The notes beneath the pieces are model-generated. The model did not search any database and had not been told where the DNA came from. It worked only from the letters and a program-made list of their open reading frames with translations. A DNA stretch of 61,974 nucleotides, the filler included, from Sphacelaria rigidula (Eukaryota), in NCBI GenBank assembly GCA_964200075.2. It is 5 parts of 5 records of this genome, joined end to end, with 100 filler letters (N's around TTAATTAATTAA, not from the genome) between each part and the next. Parts side by side here need not be neighbours in the genome. Positions count along the whole stretch, not along the records: positions 1 to 12,316 come from CAXNAA020003895.1; positions 12,417 to 24,731 come from CAXNAA020003896.1; 3 more parts are not named here. The stretch is one strand, 5' to 3'. The translations under genes were made by a program, and so were the position numbers. Shown here piece by piece: positions 1 to 12,993 of the stretch; position 1 is the stretch's first letter; each line of letters begins with the position of its first letter.

Positions 1-2641
1 CAGGCGCTGTATGGCCATTTTTTTCGTGACACTTTTAGCTGGTTTTGGGGGGGGGGCTATCGTAGAAAGTGTCAACATTGGACGCAAATTGGCGGTGCAG
101 ATAGATGCGTTAAGCTCGATTGAGCAAGCATTGCAGAACATTGTGGTATTTGTCTGGTCTTGTTCTTGTCGTGGAAGCGTAATGTGCAATGTATTGCCGA
201 AACTCATGAATATAACTTGGCCTTAGCTCCGAAGGTATGCGAAGAATTAAAGCTTCATTAACACGATTTTTTATTCTTGATATACTTTTTTAATGTATTT
301 TTTGCTCATGTATGCGATTTAGTAACCCCCCCCTCCCCCCCGAAAACACCTAGGATTTAAAAAATCGGCATAGGACCTCGCATTTGGGGGGGGGAGGGGG
401 GGCACTCCTGGATGTCTCCGAGTTTCGAGCCCACGACCCAACCTTCAGAAGGTTTCGAGGGGGCGACCGGGTGGGTTGTCTATCTGGATCATGCATAAAT
501 TTTCAAGTGAAATCGGTGCCGATTCAACATAATATGACTCATTACTCTCGATCTCCGAGTGTTAACGGCGGGTGTTATATCAACGGCCACCGAGGAAAAA
601 ATAAAAATATGCAATAATGATCGTGTAGGGCGCCTTGGCTGTGCATGGTGACTGCTCGTGACTTACATGCACACTGTTGTTGAGTCATGTGACGGTAGGG
701 GTTGTACATTTGGGTCCAGATGTTCCTCATTGACCTGCTCCCAAACTGAGAAGCTACACATGAATATGGCTCAGGATGCCCTGGTTCGAACACATTCGAG
801 ATATTCCCATCCAACTGGGACGAGAATCGTGACGTGCTCCCACTTACTTCGTAAGTCAGTCATTTTTGGACGAGTTACCCCCTGGATAGTCCAACTTGAT
901 CATGCACACTTTTTTCAAGTGAATTTTGATGCCGATTCAGCAGGTGACCTACCCTCGTCATCAACGGGTTAGAGGGTTATCATGACACTAACCCGACATA
1001 TGCTTTGTGCACCCCTACTGTGCTGGCATAACTTCGTTGTTCTTCAGGTAAGTTGGTACATTGCGAGAACACACGGTGCCTCTGCTGCCGCCACCTACCC
1101 CGTTGCATGCCTAGTGTTCTCATGTTTGCATGTGGAGCAGAGCACTGACCGGGAGTTGCTGGATTTTCGTGACCAATGTATTTGCACACCGTTCCCACCT
1201 CAAAGCAACTGTGGTACCCACGGTAACCGGCGTCGCCAAATAGTGATGTCATCAACACAATTACACTCTCTACGTTCCTCCAGAGATGCTTGTTCTGGTC
1301 GAGTTCGAGTTTGTGGATGTCTGTGGAAAAAACGTTTCACTCGCCGTGATGAGTCTTGCTCTTGTGGAAAGCCAACCACCAGCAAGTCGGCTCGTGGTGA
1401 GGAGAATAAACCCTCGTTTGAGGAGAAGTTGATCATTTGGCGCATCGAGGTCATGGTACCCAAACGACATCATAATGGTTTTACGTTCAATCTTCGTTCG
1501 ATGTGTGCCTCTCACAACAGAAGAAGTGATAGGCAATCATCAACTCTTCAAACTCTCCCTGCCGAGCACGACTCAAGTTTGAACAGCAGAACACATGCAT
1601 ACCTTCATGTGGCCAGTTGGTTGACCCTGGAGTTTCGTTACTTATTAAAATATTACGCGAGCAAAACAAATGAAAACTATCCCACTGCCAACAGACAGTG
1701 GTACCTGACGAAATCAAGTGAACGGACGAACACCTTAACAACCACGTGACGAGCCTACCACAATAAACCAACGCACGCATACAGCTGCAAAAACGTATAT
1801 CCTCTGCTCGCCACATGAAATCGAACCACCCCAACGGACTACTCTACGACTGAAGCGACATACAAAAATTGGACAGTTGTCGGCGAGTGAAAGGTAGCCG
1901 CAGCAACCTTTGCCTGAAATGCTAGTACGGTAGTGAATATACTAATAATTGAAGCTAAAACACGCCGGAGACACGCACACAGAAACCGATAAGCGCAAGG
2001 CTTTCACACTGCCGTCCCTCATCCTACGGCTACGGCTATGACAAAAATGCTCAAAACCCCGCCCAACACGTTCGGCGTTATTCCAGTACAAGCTATGCCT
2101 CATTCTCCAATACTCTTCGTCTGACAGACCTGCGGCGTACAAGAATGGAAAACAGAATGGCATGAAATTCGGGGCGTGCGGTATCCAAGGCCCAAAATTC
2201 AAACGCCATACGAGGGATGACATCACGGTATGCAACACTAAAAAAGACACCTCTTGACACGTGAGTAGCCGCGATACCAGCGTTCTTTTCAACATCAAAG
2301 GCGTTCAGTTCTCCCCTCCGAAGCTGCTTCCGCCCTCCACTTTCTATACTTCCAGTTGGTGGAACACATGGCACTTACGCCAGCAAAAAAAAATACGGAG
2401 TACGAGACACAGACACAGGGCACCAACGGAATGAAGGAATCCCCACCTGCTCGATGCCACATGACACGTCCTTGCATCCACCTCACCTTCTCTGCTCTAG
2501 ATACGAAATGAGAGTCCACATGTGCAGAAAATAAAAAATCGTATGCGAGAATGGCAGCGCCGTTCGTCGCCACGTTAGGCGACGGTCTCATAAAAGACGG
2601 CAAGTACTGTGTATTCCCCGCAAATGTTGTGAACAACGAGC

Positions 2642-5600
2642 TCAATCCCAGCCGATAGCCTCCAAGCCCGCCACCACCATGAGGGACAATGGATACAGCA
2701 TGAGTACCATGGACCCGTCCAAAACCCTGTGTGTGTCCTTCTGTGCAACCACAGCCATTACAAGCTGCGGAGGGTGCAGAAAGCGTGCACGGGGTAGGGT
2801 ACGGTGAAAGCACGAGCAAAAAGCACAGGGTAGCAAAAGTTACTCGCTTTACAAGAGACGGCACCTCGTTCCATTCCGTGTACGCCTACTCCGATCATCA
2901 CATGAGACAAGGAAAAGGCGCCAATGAGAAAGTAAACAAGAGGAGAAGTCACTCGCTAGCGCATCGTGCATCGGGCGGCCACAGCGTCAGCACAGCTGGC
3001 AAGTGCGCACGTACGGTATCGAAGACTTTACTTGCGACAGATTTTTCAACTCGAGGGCAAGAGCTGCCCCATTGGAGGTTTACCTGAACCAGTAATATGC
3101 TGACGGTTTCCGCGCTGAATTCCCAGGCTAGGCTGCGGAAGTAAATGAGAAACATGAACACTCCCAAACAGAAAGTGTTGTTCATGCATGCAGCGCCCTG
3201 GTCAACGCACCCGTAGACAGACGGAGGGTAAAGAACGACGTCACAGCACGCACGAGCCGCAGGGTGATCATCGTAGGGATTAGCGCCAAGCGAATGAATC
3301 GTCAGGAACGACAACACGCTCCGCGTTAACATTCGGTTGTTCCGACTGCGCTTGGAACAGTGTCTCAGGATAACGTGTCCTTCATGGCGACCGACCGCGT
3401 CACTACACGACACAGCGTGCAGCGAGCGTAGATGACGAACAATCAGCTTCCGCCAACGTCGACTTGAGTGCTTTTCACCAGTACGCCGAATGGCTCCACA
3501 ATCTTCTAGACGCAAAGCCACCGCCAAAGAACAGCCCCTGAATAATCATCACATTCTCTGTCGGAAACGAGTACATACATAGCAAGCAGTACACGGCACG
3601 GGAGCCTCGGAAACTGTAACTGTACCTGCAATGCCGCGAACGAAATGACGATCGTCCGACTCGTTTTCTTCAGCGAGTAGTTGAAGGCGGCAATCAGCTC
3701 GCTGGCGTTGGAAGCGAGGGGTGCCAGTACGAAAGAGATGTAGAAGCTGGAGATGCCGGTGCGGTCGCCAACGGCACCCATCACGTCCACCATGGGGTCT
3801 GAAAGATGCGGACAACAATATCGACATGTTTAGACGTAATTACAAAAGTGCAACGAAGCACTCCGCGTAGCATCAAAAACGAGAAACGAAGGAGGGGGAA
3901 CCATCCCTTTTAGTTCTTCGTCGTGGTACCAGAGCGACTTCCCCACTCATCATGCTCACCTGAGAAGATGAGCACAAGAGTTGTGCCCGCAATCATCAAC
4001 CACGCAGCTCGCAGCTTGACGTGGTACTGCTGGGTCGCGGGGTCAAGGTGTGACAAATCCTCCGGCATTTCCTCGTGCTCTTCCTCATCGACGCCGTCCG
4101 CTTCTTGTACCTCTGCCACCACAGACGAATCTTCCCTGAGACCAACGGAGTCATGCACAAACACGAACGACAAAACGTCGGACGCGAAAGCTACACAACA
4201 ACCACGTCCAGAAAACATCTAGTGTGACGTGAGTATAGCCTCCCGAACTTGGGCAAAATATGCCCAATGGATGTGACCCCTTCCTGGTTTTCGGGAAAAC
4301 ACGCCTATCCACGCAAATAATTACGGTACATGCTTGACGCCTCAAGAAAAGCGCTGCAATCCCAATAGCCCCGATATTCCCAACAACATGCGAGAATACA
4401 ACCAAAACACGAAGGAGTGAAGGAAGAATACCCTCTACAACGAGATGCGTAATCAGCGCGAGGCTTTCATGGACGCTTTATCTCACGTATGACGTCCGTT
4501 CGGTGTCTTCTCCATCATGAACTTGGCGACGCCAGACACAAATTCATGGAAGTCAACATATCCGGACTTATCCGTGTCGATTTCGTTGAAGATGTTCTCC
4601 AGTTCCTGTCAACGGGTGCGACCATGCAGAACGTGATACGAGCTTAGGCGTATACTGTAGAAGGGCGTGTAGGACCGGCAGGTAGTTCACGGCACCAGCT
4701 GTGAAATGACGCCTCCGACTGGTGACAACTCCGACTACTTTTGGCACGGTGTCGATATCTACAGCACCATATTCCGGGGTGCTTAGTACACCACACCCCC
4801 CCGTGAATACCACCCCCGGGGGTCGTATACACACACTTCTACAGTGTCAGCCGCACACTACTAACACGCCTGATACATGACCGAAACCAAATATGAAAAG
4901 CGACGAAGAATTTTACAAAGGGCGCTACGCGAATAGCCCCACTGAGCTGCCAAGGTTTCCAGCATCGCTCACGTGCTTCTGGAGTTGCTCATGCAGATCA
5001 TGAAACACAGACCATAGCTCCTGAATGTCCAGCTTGCCGTTCTGGTCCCCATCGTACTTGTCAAAGAACGGGCGCAGGAGGTTTTCCAGACGCCGCATGA
5101 CCTTCTCCGGGATCACAACGCCTCCCTAAAATACCAAGATAAGAGCAGCGCGATTCGATTAGGCTTCAACCACTGTCGGAGAAGACACCAGGTGCACATG
5201 TGCAGTATAGCGGAATCGCAGAAAACCGACGCCAGGCACCGTGGTTCGGCGTTTAAGCTGTTCACCAGATAAGACTTTGTTCGTCCCAATACGCATTTCC
5301 ACTCGCATCGGAGAAAGAGGCTACCCGCGACTGGCATCAACAAAATAGCACGATATGTTTTTACGGTAATGTTATACAGTGACCTTGTGTCGCCTGCTTT
5401 ACCGCACATTCCGTACGGTCCCTCAAAGAAAAGTCATGCCACTAGTGTTTTTTTCCGCGCCTACACACTGACCTCGATGGCCTGGTAGCCGTCTCCCGTG
5501 GGGCGGTTGGAGACAGACGTCAGCTCCGACTAACGGATAGCGTCCACAGCCCCAGAGTAAGCCGGTAACGAATGCACATGGTGGCGGCACGGTAAATCAA

Positions 5601-8600
5601 TAGTTTTGACGGGGGGAAATGATTAGGTCTTGATTCAATACACCAGCTTCAAAAGCCCACATAGCAGGAAGGCGCGTCGCTGGATGCAAGGTACATTGCA
5701 GCACAGAGACTGCCAGTTTCTCTGGGCCAATAGTCACCTATTCAGAACACTGAGTTCAAAATTTTGCGTGTTTCAAGATTCGCGTGGAGAACAGTATGCG
5801 CGGGAAGTTCGTGCACCAGAATGCGCACCCGTAGTCGTGTTGGGATCTGTGGAACACAGTGAGTTAGTGAGGGCATTCGTTGTCATCACAAAAATAAATC
5901 AGGCAACAAATATCGCACGTGTCTCCGTGATGATACAGTGCCTCCTTCAATTAGCTATTCCTAGGAAACGCTCACGAAAAAAAAAACACACACACACGCA
6001 CGAACGCACACACCGGAAACGTCAACCGCCGAAACGTCAGAAGCGCTGCTCGGTGTGCAGCTGTTGTACCAAATGCAGATCCGTACTAGCACGCGATTTT
6101 GTCCTCGTCTATAGCTACACAGCCTCCATCAGTACCAAGCAAAGCGTATCTCGCTCATCAAGAGCTTGCAAGCGAGTCACGACGCATGTACTTCGGGATA
6201 CAGGATTGTGATTTGGTTAAGGACCGAGAAGCCCAAGCGCCAACAATGATTGCCAGAAAAATGCGCGGCGCAAAAAAGTATGCAAGCGTTGTCTCAACTT
6301 CTATCTGCTAACCATGGATAAAGCGGCAACTTGTGACCTGCCAAATCGTCTCACCCAGCACGTAGTCTACCATTGCTAACATGCGGGTATCCCAGCTCAA
6401 ACGGGCCGTGTGCTCTGACCGCCAATGTACTGCGACGATTCTTCGATGATTTCTTTCTTCTTATAGGTATGGTCCACAGAACGTCTGTTTTCTCTTCTCG
6501 ACAGCCTGACACGACGAGTTTAGATAGAGTGCTGGGAGCTTGAGACAGCGACGGATGTAGAATCCTACCATCTAGAAGGACGGAAAGCGATCATTTGTCA
6601 AGATGAAAACATGCCTGTAATCATGTCCGCAAGATATTGGTCATTTTTCAGTTCCGCATCGTTGACCAAGAGTGCACTCCGCAGTATTCTCGCGGTTCAC
6701 CTGCATGACGCCCAGAAGAGATATCTCCCCTTTTATGATCTTCTCGCGCCGAACTTCCTCCATATAGTCTTCCAACACCTGATTTCGATGAGCGGTGCAA
6801 AATCACGCGGCATTATCGACGGCTATCTACATTTTTAGGTACGTCACAATCTTCAATCTCTGTCTGCTGTGCAGGATCCGCAACGCACTACCTTCGTGGC
6901 TCGGCATCTCATCACAAAACAGAGGCCACTTCGCCAACCATCTCTAATCTTTCCTGATCGGTGGTAGCATTTCGAACAACGGCAATGCAAACACGGTGCC
7001 CTCCAAGCGGTACAAAATGGGCATATTTCGACGAATTGTAGCACCAGTGCTGGGGACGACGTACGCACCTGGTCGTTGTCCGTTTGTGAAAGCCTCCACT
7101 GATACCACAGGTAGCCGACGAACAGTACCGAACACATGATGAGGCCTGCCAGTGCAAACCCACTCTCGCCGGCGGACACCTCCGCATCCGTTTCGCCACT
7201 CAAGAAAAATGCTGGTCCCTGGTGCACGGCAACAACAGCAACGAACGTTCGGTGTTGACACATCATATCCTTACTGACGAACGAGTCAAGGTGCAACGAT
7301 GCTTCCACCCGAGGCGACATGGACAACAGCAGAGCCTCCGGTACTGGACAACGACATTTCGCGCATCAAGCAGTAAAACTGTCGGTCAGACGCCATGGCC
7401 GTGCTCCTAACGGTAGAAGGTATCAATAGTAAAATGTGGAAAAGCGGGCGACTGGACAGCGTGAGTGCCACACACTCGTTCCTGCGCACTACTGCAACAT
7501 ATCAGGTACAAGGGCAACAGCATACGATCAGCTCTGCCTTCATCGGGGATGCTTTTATACTGGTGAAGGATGCCTCCCCTCCGACGAACACTCGCAGCAC
7601 GCCAAGGTGTGGCAAGGAATACGACCTCCCCCACGTGGAGCTGTTGTGTGGCCGTGCACAAGCACGGGGTATCCATGCTCGGCCCGTCACTTGCCTGTAT
7701 GATAAAGTAGCTGATGGCGGTTATGATCATAAGCACCCCTCCCTTTCGAATTTGCGGGCTACCCGTTACACCCGTGTGAAGAAGGGTATCTTTCAGACCC
7801 AGACCGGGCGTCAGCTTCGTCCAGCCGACGGCACCGTGGGGACGCTTGTAGACCGCTAGTCCAGACTCCCTATTGATGTCGACCCGACCACCAATCGTGG
7901 CGAGAAACCTGCGGGGCACGGATATGATTCGTTCAGAGGGGATTCGTGAAGAGGTATGAGCAGCAGTCTTGCAACTGTAAGCTGCCATCCGCAAGTTACT
8001 CTGCTGCTGTATACTCAAGAACAGTAGCACGTAGCAACTCACCCTTCGCATTGATGATTTCCTCGGAATCTAGCTTGTGAAGAGTTAAATTAACGTGAAA
8101 ATCCCCCCCCCCGAAATGTCCGAATATTTCTGGAAAATATATATCCAATTATAATACATATTCGAATAATGTGACAACACATTTTTGAACCACATAGAGA
8201 CACAGGTACGATACAAGTGAATTGAGCCGCTCCCCAGGGAAAATTATGATAGCGTGAGGAAAGAGTCCACGGTCTCAACGAAAATCCGTATGGAAAATAA
8301 AACAGTAGGTTATTCCCCGTTATATCCAATGTTTAAGAGGAGCAACACAGTTCACATACACGCTCAAGCAAAATGACAAGGACACATACTTGCTTTTGTG
8401 CACTCTACACTGTAAGACTTGGTTGCCCTACAAGACAAATACCGCTGGCACAACACCATTACCAACGGCATAGAGCCCGCCGTGGAGTTGATGGGATGCC
8501 ATGCGCTGGCATATTACCAGATATTCGGTTTCACGACGACAACCGACGCAGCGGGAGGTGTCTTCGATTTTGTGAACAAAGCTGAGATGGTGCTTCTTTC

Positions 8601-10582
8601 TTCGGACTGTCCCCGCTATTAATACCACAAATCCCGAGATTACTTTACCGGACAAGAATGCGCATTCGCTGGCCTCGGGTTTGAGAACACTTACTCTTTG
8701 GCGAAGCACAGATCGCACATGAGGGTATTCACGCGCGGTTTGTTGCGTGGTGTTACCTGTTAGCTGACGTAGTTTATGTGTAATCCACATACCGGATATC
8801 GCAAAAAATATATATGTTTCGGCGCCCAACGTTTCGGAGAAAGTTTTTTTCTCATGGGTACGTCCCGGACAAGGGATCTCGAGTGCACGTGCATTGAGTG
8901 GCACCACTCACTTGATTTTAGTGCACCCGCGGATAACTACTTGACTTGAAATGGGACGCGAGATTCTAAAGGTTTTGATTGGAGGTGAAATTGCTACTCG
9001 ATTCTAGTATGACATTTTTCACATTTGATGCGAGTGTAGCAACTGGAGCAAAACAGTAAATTTTGCGAGGAACACGAGCATGCGCTGCGCGCGAGCTGTG
9101 GACACGGTGATAACGAGATACACTGAGCCCGATGTAGCACCTGATAGCTCATACTGTAGTTCTGAATAAGCTCATTTGATTGCATGATTGGTTTCATGTC
9201 GAACTGTTACGAGCTGAAGCAGCTTTGTTTTTGTGTAAATGCGTCACCTCAAACCGACGTTTTTCGGAAAATCTCCCGACAAATGCTCACGCAGATGGTC
9301 GCTGCTCGGCCAACATCCCACGAAAACCACTGAAAAAAGGTGCGTTGTACCATGGTGGACTATCTGGCTACTGCACCCCTTAAATTGCCAGGCATCGAGG
9401 CTGAGTGTCTGTAGATGCCGGTGGATGCGTTGAGTGTCGAGCACACGTTTCCATCGGTGGAACGTCACAACCGTTAGACCGTCACACGCATAGCATGGCA
9501 GTTTTTTGCGTTATCTTCGCTCAATAAAACTAAGATCGTCGTTTTGAATTTTTACGTAAAAAGCGCAGAGATAACGAAGGTGACGTGAAGCAATTAGGAA
9601 CATGAATGACTTCAGACTTTGGACCCGTCATATCGAAATTTCAAATTTCGCGATTCAACCGCTCATTCTCGCTGGCCAAAAAAATTGACCAAACATGCCC
9701 CATAACTAAACGTCCGACACGCTCCAATATGGGGTGCTTGTTCGCGTCTATGACGCCGTTGATAAGTCCTTACACATCATGTAAGTGGAACTGAGGGGAT
9801 CACGGGCAAAAACCTAAACCGGGGCACAACAGTGACAGTATTGTGCTGTGAAGGCGTCAAGGAAGTCAGCAGTCACGCAGTCCCTCTCACCAAGGGATGG
9901 TCAACAGCATGATAGTTGATCCCGCCAGCGCTCCAACACCGACAGACAGCTCGCTTTGAGCGTCGTCGCCCATCCCCGAGAATAACACTATGGCTCCATC
10001 AGGAACTGCACCCAAAACTGGCAGAACCACCGAACCCACCAAGCCCGCCACCGACGGGACCAGAAGCAGCAACTCCGATCCATCCGAGATCATGTTGGAG
10101 GCACTGACCAAAAGAGTGAATATTCACATGGTTAGATCATTCAGAACAGAATTCGCAATTGTAAAGCCCAGATTCTAGCCTTGCACTCCTTTCCCATAAT
10201 TAAAATGCGCGCTACTGCTGCATCTTTTCGGTCTTGCATGGGCTGCACCATCGGCTGTTAGTTTACCGTGACACGACGGCGGAGAAACTCGCGTGAACTA
10301 CACGTACTGTTCATGTTAAGGCCGTCATCGACGACCCAGATCACAGCAGCCGTACATTAAGTCAGCAAAACGCGCCCAATACTACACGTTGTAGTGGAAT
10401 ATGAAAACTCACGATCAATGACGGTATTTTCGTCCATGTCGAATTGACCAAACCATACTCGTGCTACGTCAAGAGAATACGCACGTGAAGAGGATGTAGG
10501 CATACACAGCCGTGAGGAACAAGAGCTGCACAAATCCTCCGGCCGAATCAGGAAGGGCGTAAGGATCAATGAACACACCCAT
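2642..10582 (-). CDS. NCL: Na+/Ca2+ exchanger-like protein with two EF-hands (NCL/EF-CAX family), complete 12-exon gene, about 555 aa
   Basis: Minus-strand exons 10582-10485, 10103-9891, 7908-7695, 7218-7069, 6778-6701, 5529-5473, 5125-4973, 4605-4487, 4135-3960, 3798-3626, 3197-3084 and 2764-2642 join in frame (1668 nt) at AG acceptors and GT donors (one GC). Motifs: SDGSELLL..LPVLGAVPDGAIVLFSG..VGVGALAGSTIMLLTIPW, EF-hands DKYDGDQNGKLDIQEL and EIDTDKSGYVDFHEF, DPMVD..PLASNASE, GAACMNNTFCLGVF..WEFSAE, and C-terminal LYPLSL..GWD*. These match plant AtNCL-type exchangers. Confidence 0.93.
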
Positions 10583-11549
10583 GTTGTCGTCTTCGAATGG
10601 GGTCGTTGGGTGACCCCAACTAGCCGTTCAATCTTGGCAGGTCAAAGAGTTTCCTCTTGGAACTGTACGAGTAGCGTGCAGCGTGCAGCAACAAGGGGGG
10701 ACATCGAGATGAAGCGGCATCGCAGTCGTGTAGTATCGTAGAACGGAGCGATCTCACTGCAGATATCAAGATAAAGAGGTATGAGTACAGCAAGACACGT
10801 ACAGCTCAACTAGCCAGGTGGACGTAGTGGACACGAGAGTGAGTCCATGCTCTGAGAGCGACTGATGCCAATTCTTCGGGAATTCCAGTTGAAAAGCGGT
10901 GCAATCATTTGACAGCGAGGGCTTTATCTGTTCAACTCTCCAACCACATACGTTACTTCTGTACCCCACACTATGCTTTACTGAATCTAGCAGCACAGTA
11001 CTAAACATACGAAGGAACACACGAGTATTTTCAGCTCAATAGCCACTGCAATCGGTAAAAAGTGCGTGTACCGCAGCCTGTCACCAGTGCTTCTGCTGAG
11101 TCTCGCGCACCCTTACCGTGCGCTTTACTGTCTGTATGCAGAAAACAGGAGACGCTTTCGCAGCATATTCGGCACTACAAAACAGTGAAAAAGTACTGCG
11201 ACGAACACGACGATCTAGTTCTTCCTTCTACAAAGCATCGCCATTGAAAAAACAGGGTTTCATCTGTTTGGAACGAACACTGCGCTTACCTTTGTGTGCT
11301 CGACGTTGGAGCCACACGAGCGTAAAGACGGATTTACTCCTGGAGACGGAAATGTAGCGTTCAGTATGAAAGCGGTGTTTGCGTAGGCGTTTACGAATTC
11401 TGACAATGTGGGACGTACGTACAGAAAAACGGTTCGGTGTATGTCCTTGTTTCCCAGCTGCAGTGCCGCTGCCAGTAGAAAAGTTGGCCATCGCACCTAG
11501 GTTGCCGCACACACGAGTACAGATACCATCACCAGCAACAAGTAGCATT

Positions 11550-12316
11550 CATCTAGCAGCGGCCGACTGGTGTATGCAGCACAAGTAGGGAGGAGTAGGC
11601 AGCGGCGGCGCCGCCTCCTAACGGTGAAGATGAGGCGGGACAGTCTGACGCTGAACTAGTAGCACTGTGGTACTCAGAAAAAGGAGAGTTGGAAAAATCA
11701 GGTATCACAGCCAAGAAAAAGGAAGACATTCTGTACAGACTCGCAAATATCTGCACGCGCATCACAGAAAAACATGGTGGACACATTGGGGATGTCGCGA
11801 GGTCTAACGGGGGAACGCTAGTCACGCCGCCGGTAGACCCGCACGAGATCAGGAAGTATTTCGGGGAGAACAAGGGTTTCCCGCGGACAGACGAACTCGT
11901 TACTATCGTAGCCACAGGTGTCCCCGTCGGCGCGACAGTCACTGCGTCCTCCACACAAGAGAACCTCGACGGCACACTACAGTACGGTAACCACAGTAGC
12001 GCCCACGATCAACTACAAAAAATCTGGGGAAAACTGGGAGATGATGTATGCAGGGGAAAGTGTCGGTTGAAAAGTCGGCCGCCCGAAAAATCCCGAACCT
12101 GCGGTTGTCCCCCCTAGGAGCAGTAACCACACACAAAGTCCGCATAATCAACGATCTGTCCTTCGACGCGGAACGCACTCGGAAAAAATAAGGAGGGCTG
12201 AACGGTGACACAAACTCTGAAGACGTACCGGCCTGTCTCTGCGGAGAAGCGTTGCAGAAGTTCCTCATAGAGCTCATTTCGTTGCGAAAAAAATACCCCA
12301 AAAAACGCATTCTGAT
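11550..12316 (+). mobile_element. DIRS/Ngaro-type (tyrosine-recombinase) retrotransposon RT/pol fragment, degenerate and cut by the contig end
   Basis: ORF 11689-12117 (..GVPV..QYGNHSSA..IWGKLGDDV) continues after a frameshift as PLGAVTTHKVRIINDLSFD..GGLNGDT..CGEALQKFLIELISLRKKYPKKRIL. The NHxSA / PLGAV / RIIxDLSF order is typical of DIRS-group RT N-termini. One internal stop. Confidence 0.7.
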
Positions 12317-12416
12317 NNNNNNNNNNNNNNNNNNNNNNNNNNNNNNNNNNNNNNNNNNNNTTAATTAATTAANNNNNNNNNNNNNNNNNNNNNNNNNNNN
12401 NNNNNNNNNNNNNNNN
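12317..12416. other. Artificial spacer (N-run + TTAATTAATTAA + N-run)
   Basis: 100-bp linker, identical to the other three. Confidence 0.98.
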
Positions 12417-12967
12417 GAGTCGGTGAATTGCGCTGAAAAAGTATCTACGCGATGGAGGGGCATTAGGCGGACAAAAACGTAATTGGGCACCATCGCTAAA
12501 AGTGCGGGGAAAGCACTATTTTAAGCGTGAACCTCATCTCGGAGGTAAACCTCAATTCACATCATTTGATGTTAGTAGGTATTTATTCGTCTATTCCTCC
12601 TTCCCACACAGTAGTACGTGTTGTACACTTCTCCCACGCGGTCACCTTGCAATAATAGATTTCAGAGTTTGCGACGGCTTTATGATATTCAAGCTGAAGC
12701 CCCAGTTGTGATAGAATGAAGGACGTCGCCCTGAGATGAGGCTCACAGATACCTCGAAATAAAATTTCTAGTCACACAATAAGAGGGGTTTGCGTCGCGT
12801 CGTGCTTTCTTCAAAACTGATCTCACAGCAAATACATACAGAGCCCAAAATGAGTTCAGGCTCCTCCATGTACCACGTACAAGTTTTCAATAGGCACATT
12901 GTCTTGTGTAATTCGTGAGCGAACAGCGCGCCTTTTGGACCGCATCGGAGTGTAAACATCCCTATGA

Positions 12968-12993
12968 TTCGGGTTCGGGTTCGGGTTCGGGTT
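12968..12993 (+). repeat. (TTCGGG)4 tandem hexamer, telomere-variant-like
   Basis: ttcgggttcgggttcgggttcgggtt is seen directly. Confidence 0.6.

Noticed and set aside
982-1749. 255-aa plus-strand ORF
   Set aside because: No recognisable domain or convincing splice structure. It lies downstream of and antisense to NCL, probably in 3' UTR or intergenic DNA.
8419-8622. Coding-looking fragment inside NCL intron 2
   Set aside because: Short, antisense to the host gene and with no identifiable family; at most an unclassified TE remnant.
12361-12372. TTAATTAATTAA recurring every about 12.4 kb as a biological periodic motif
   Set aside because: It is embedded in N-runs and is an artificial all-frame stop linker.
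12968-12993. True telomere or telomeric retroelement
   Set aside because: Only four TTCGGG units at an internal position. Other TTAGGG hits (about 23826 and 52661) are one or two units long.
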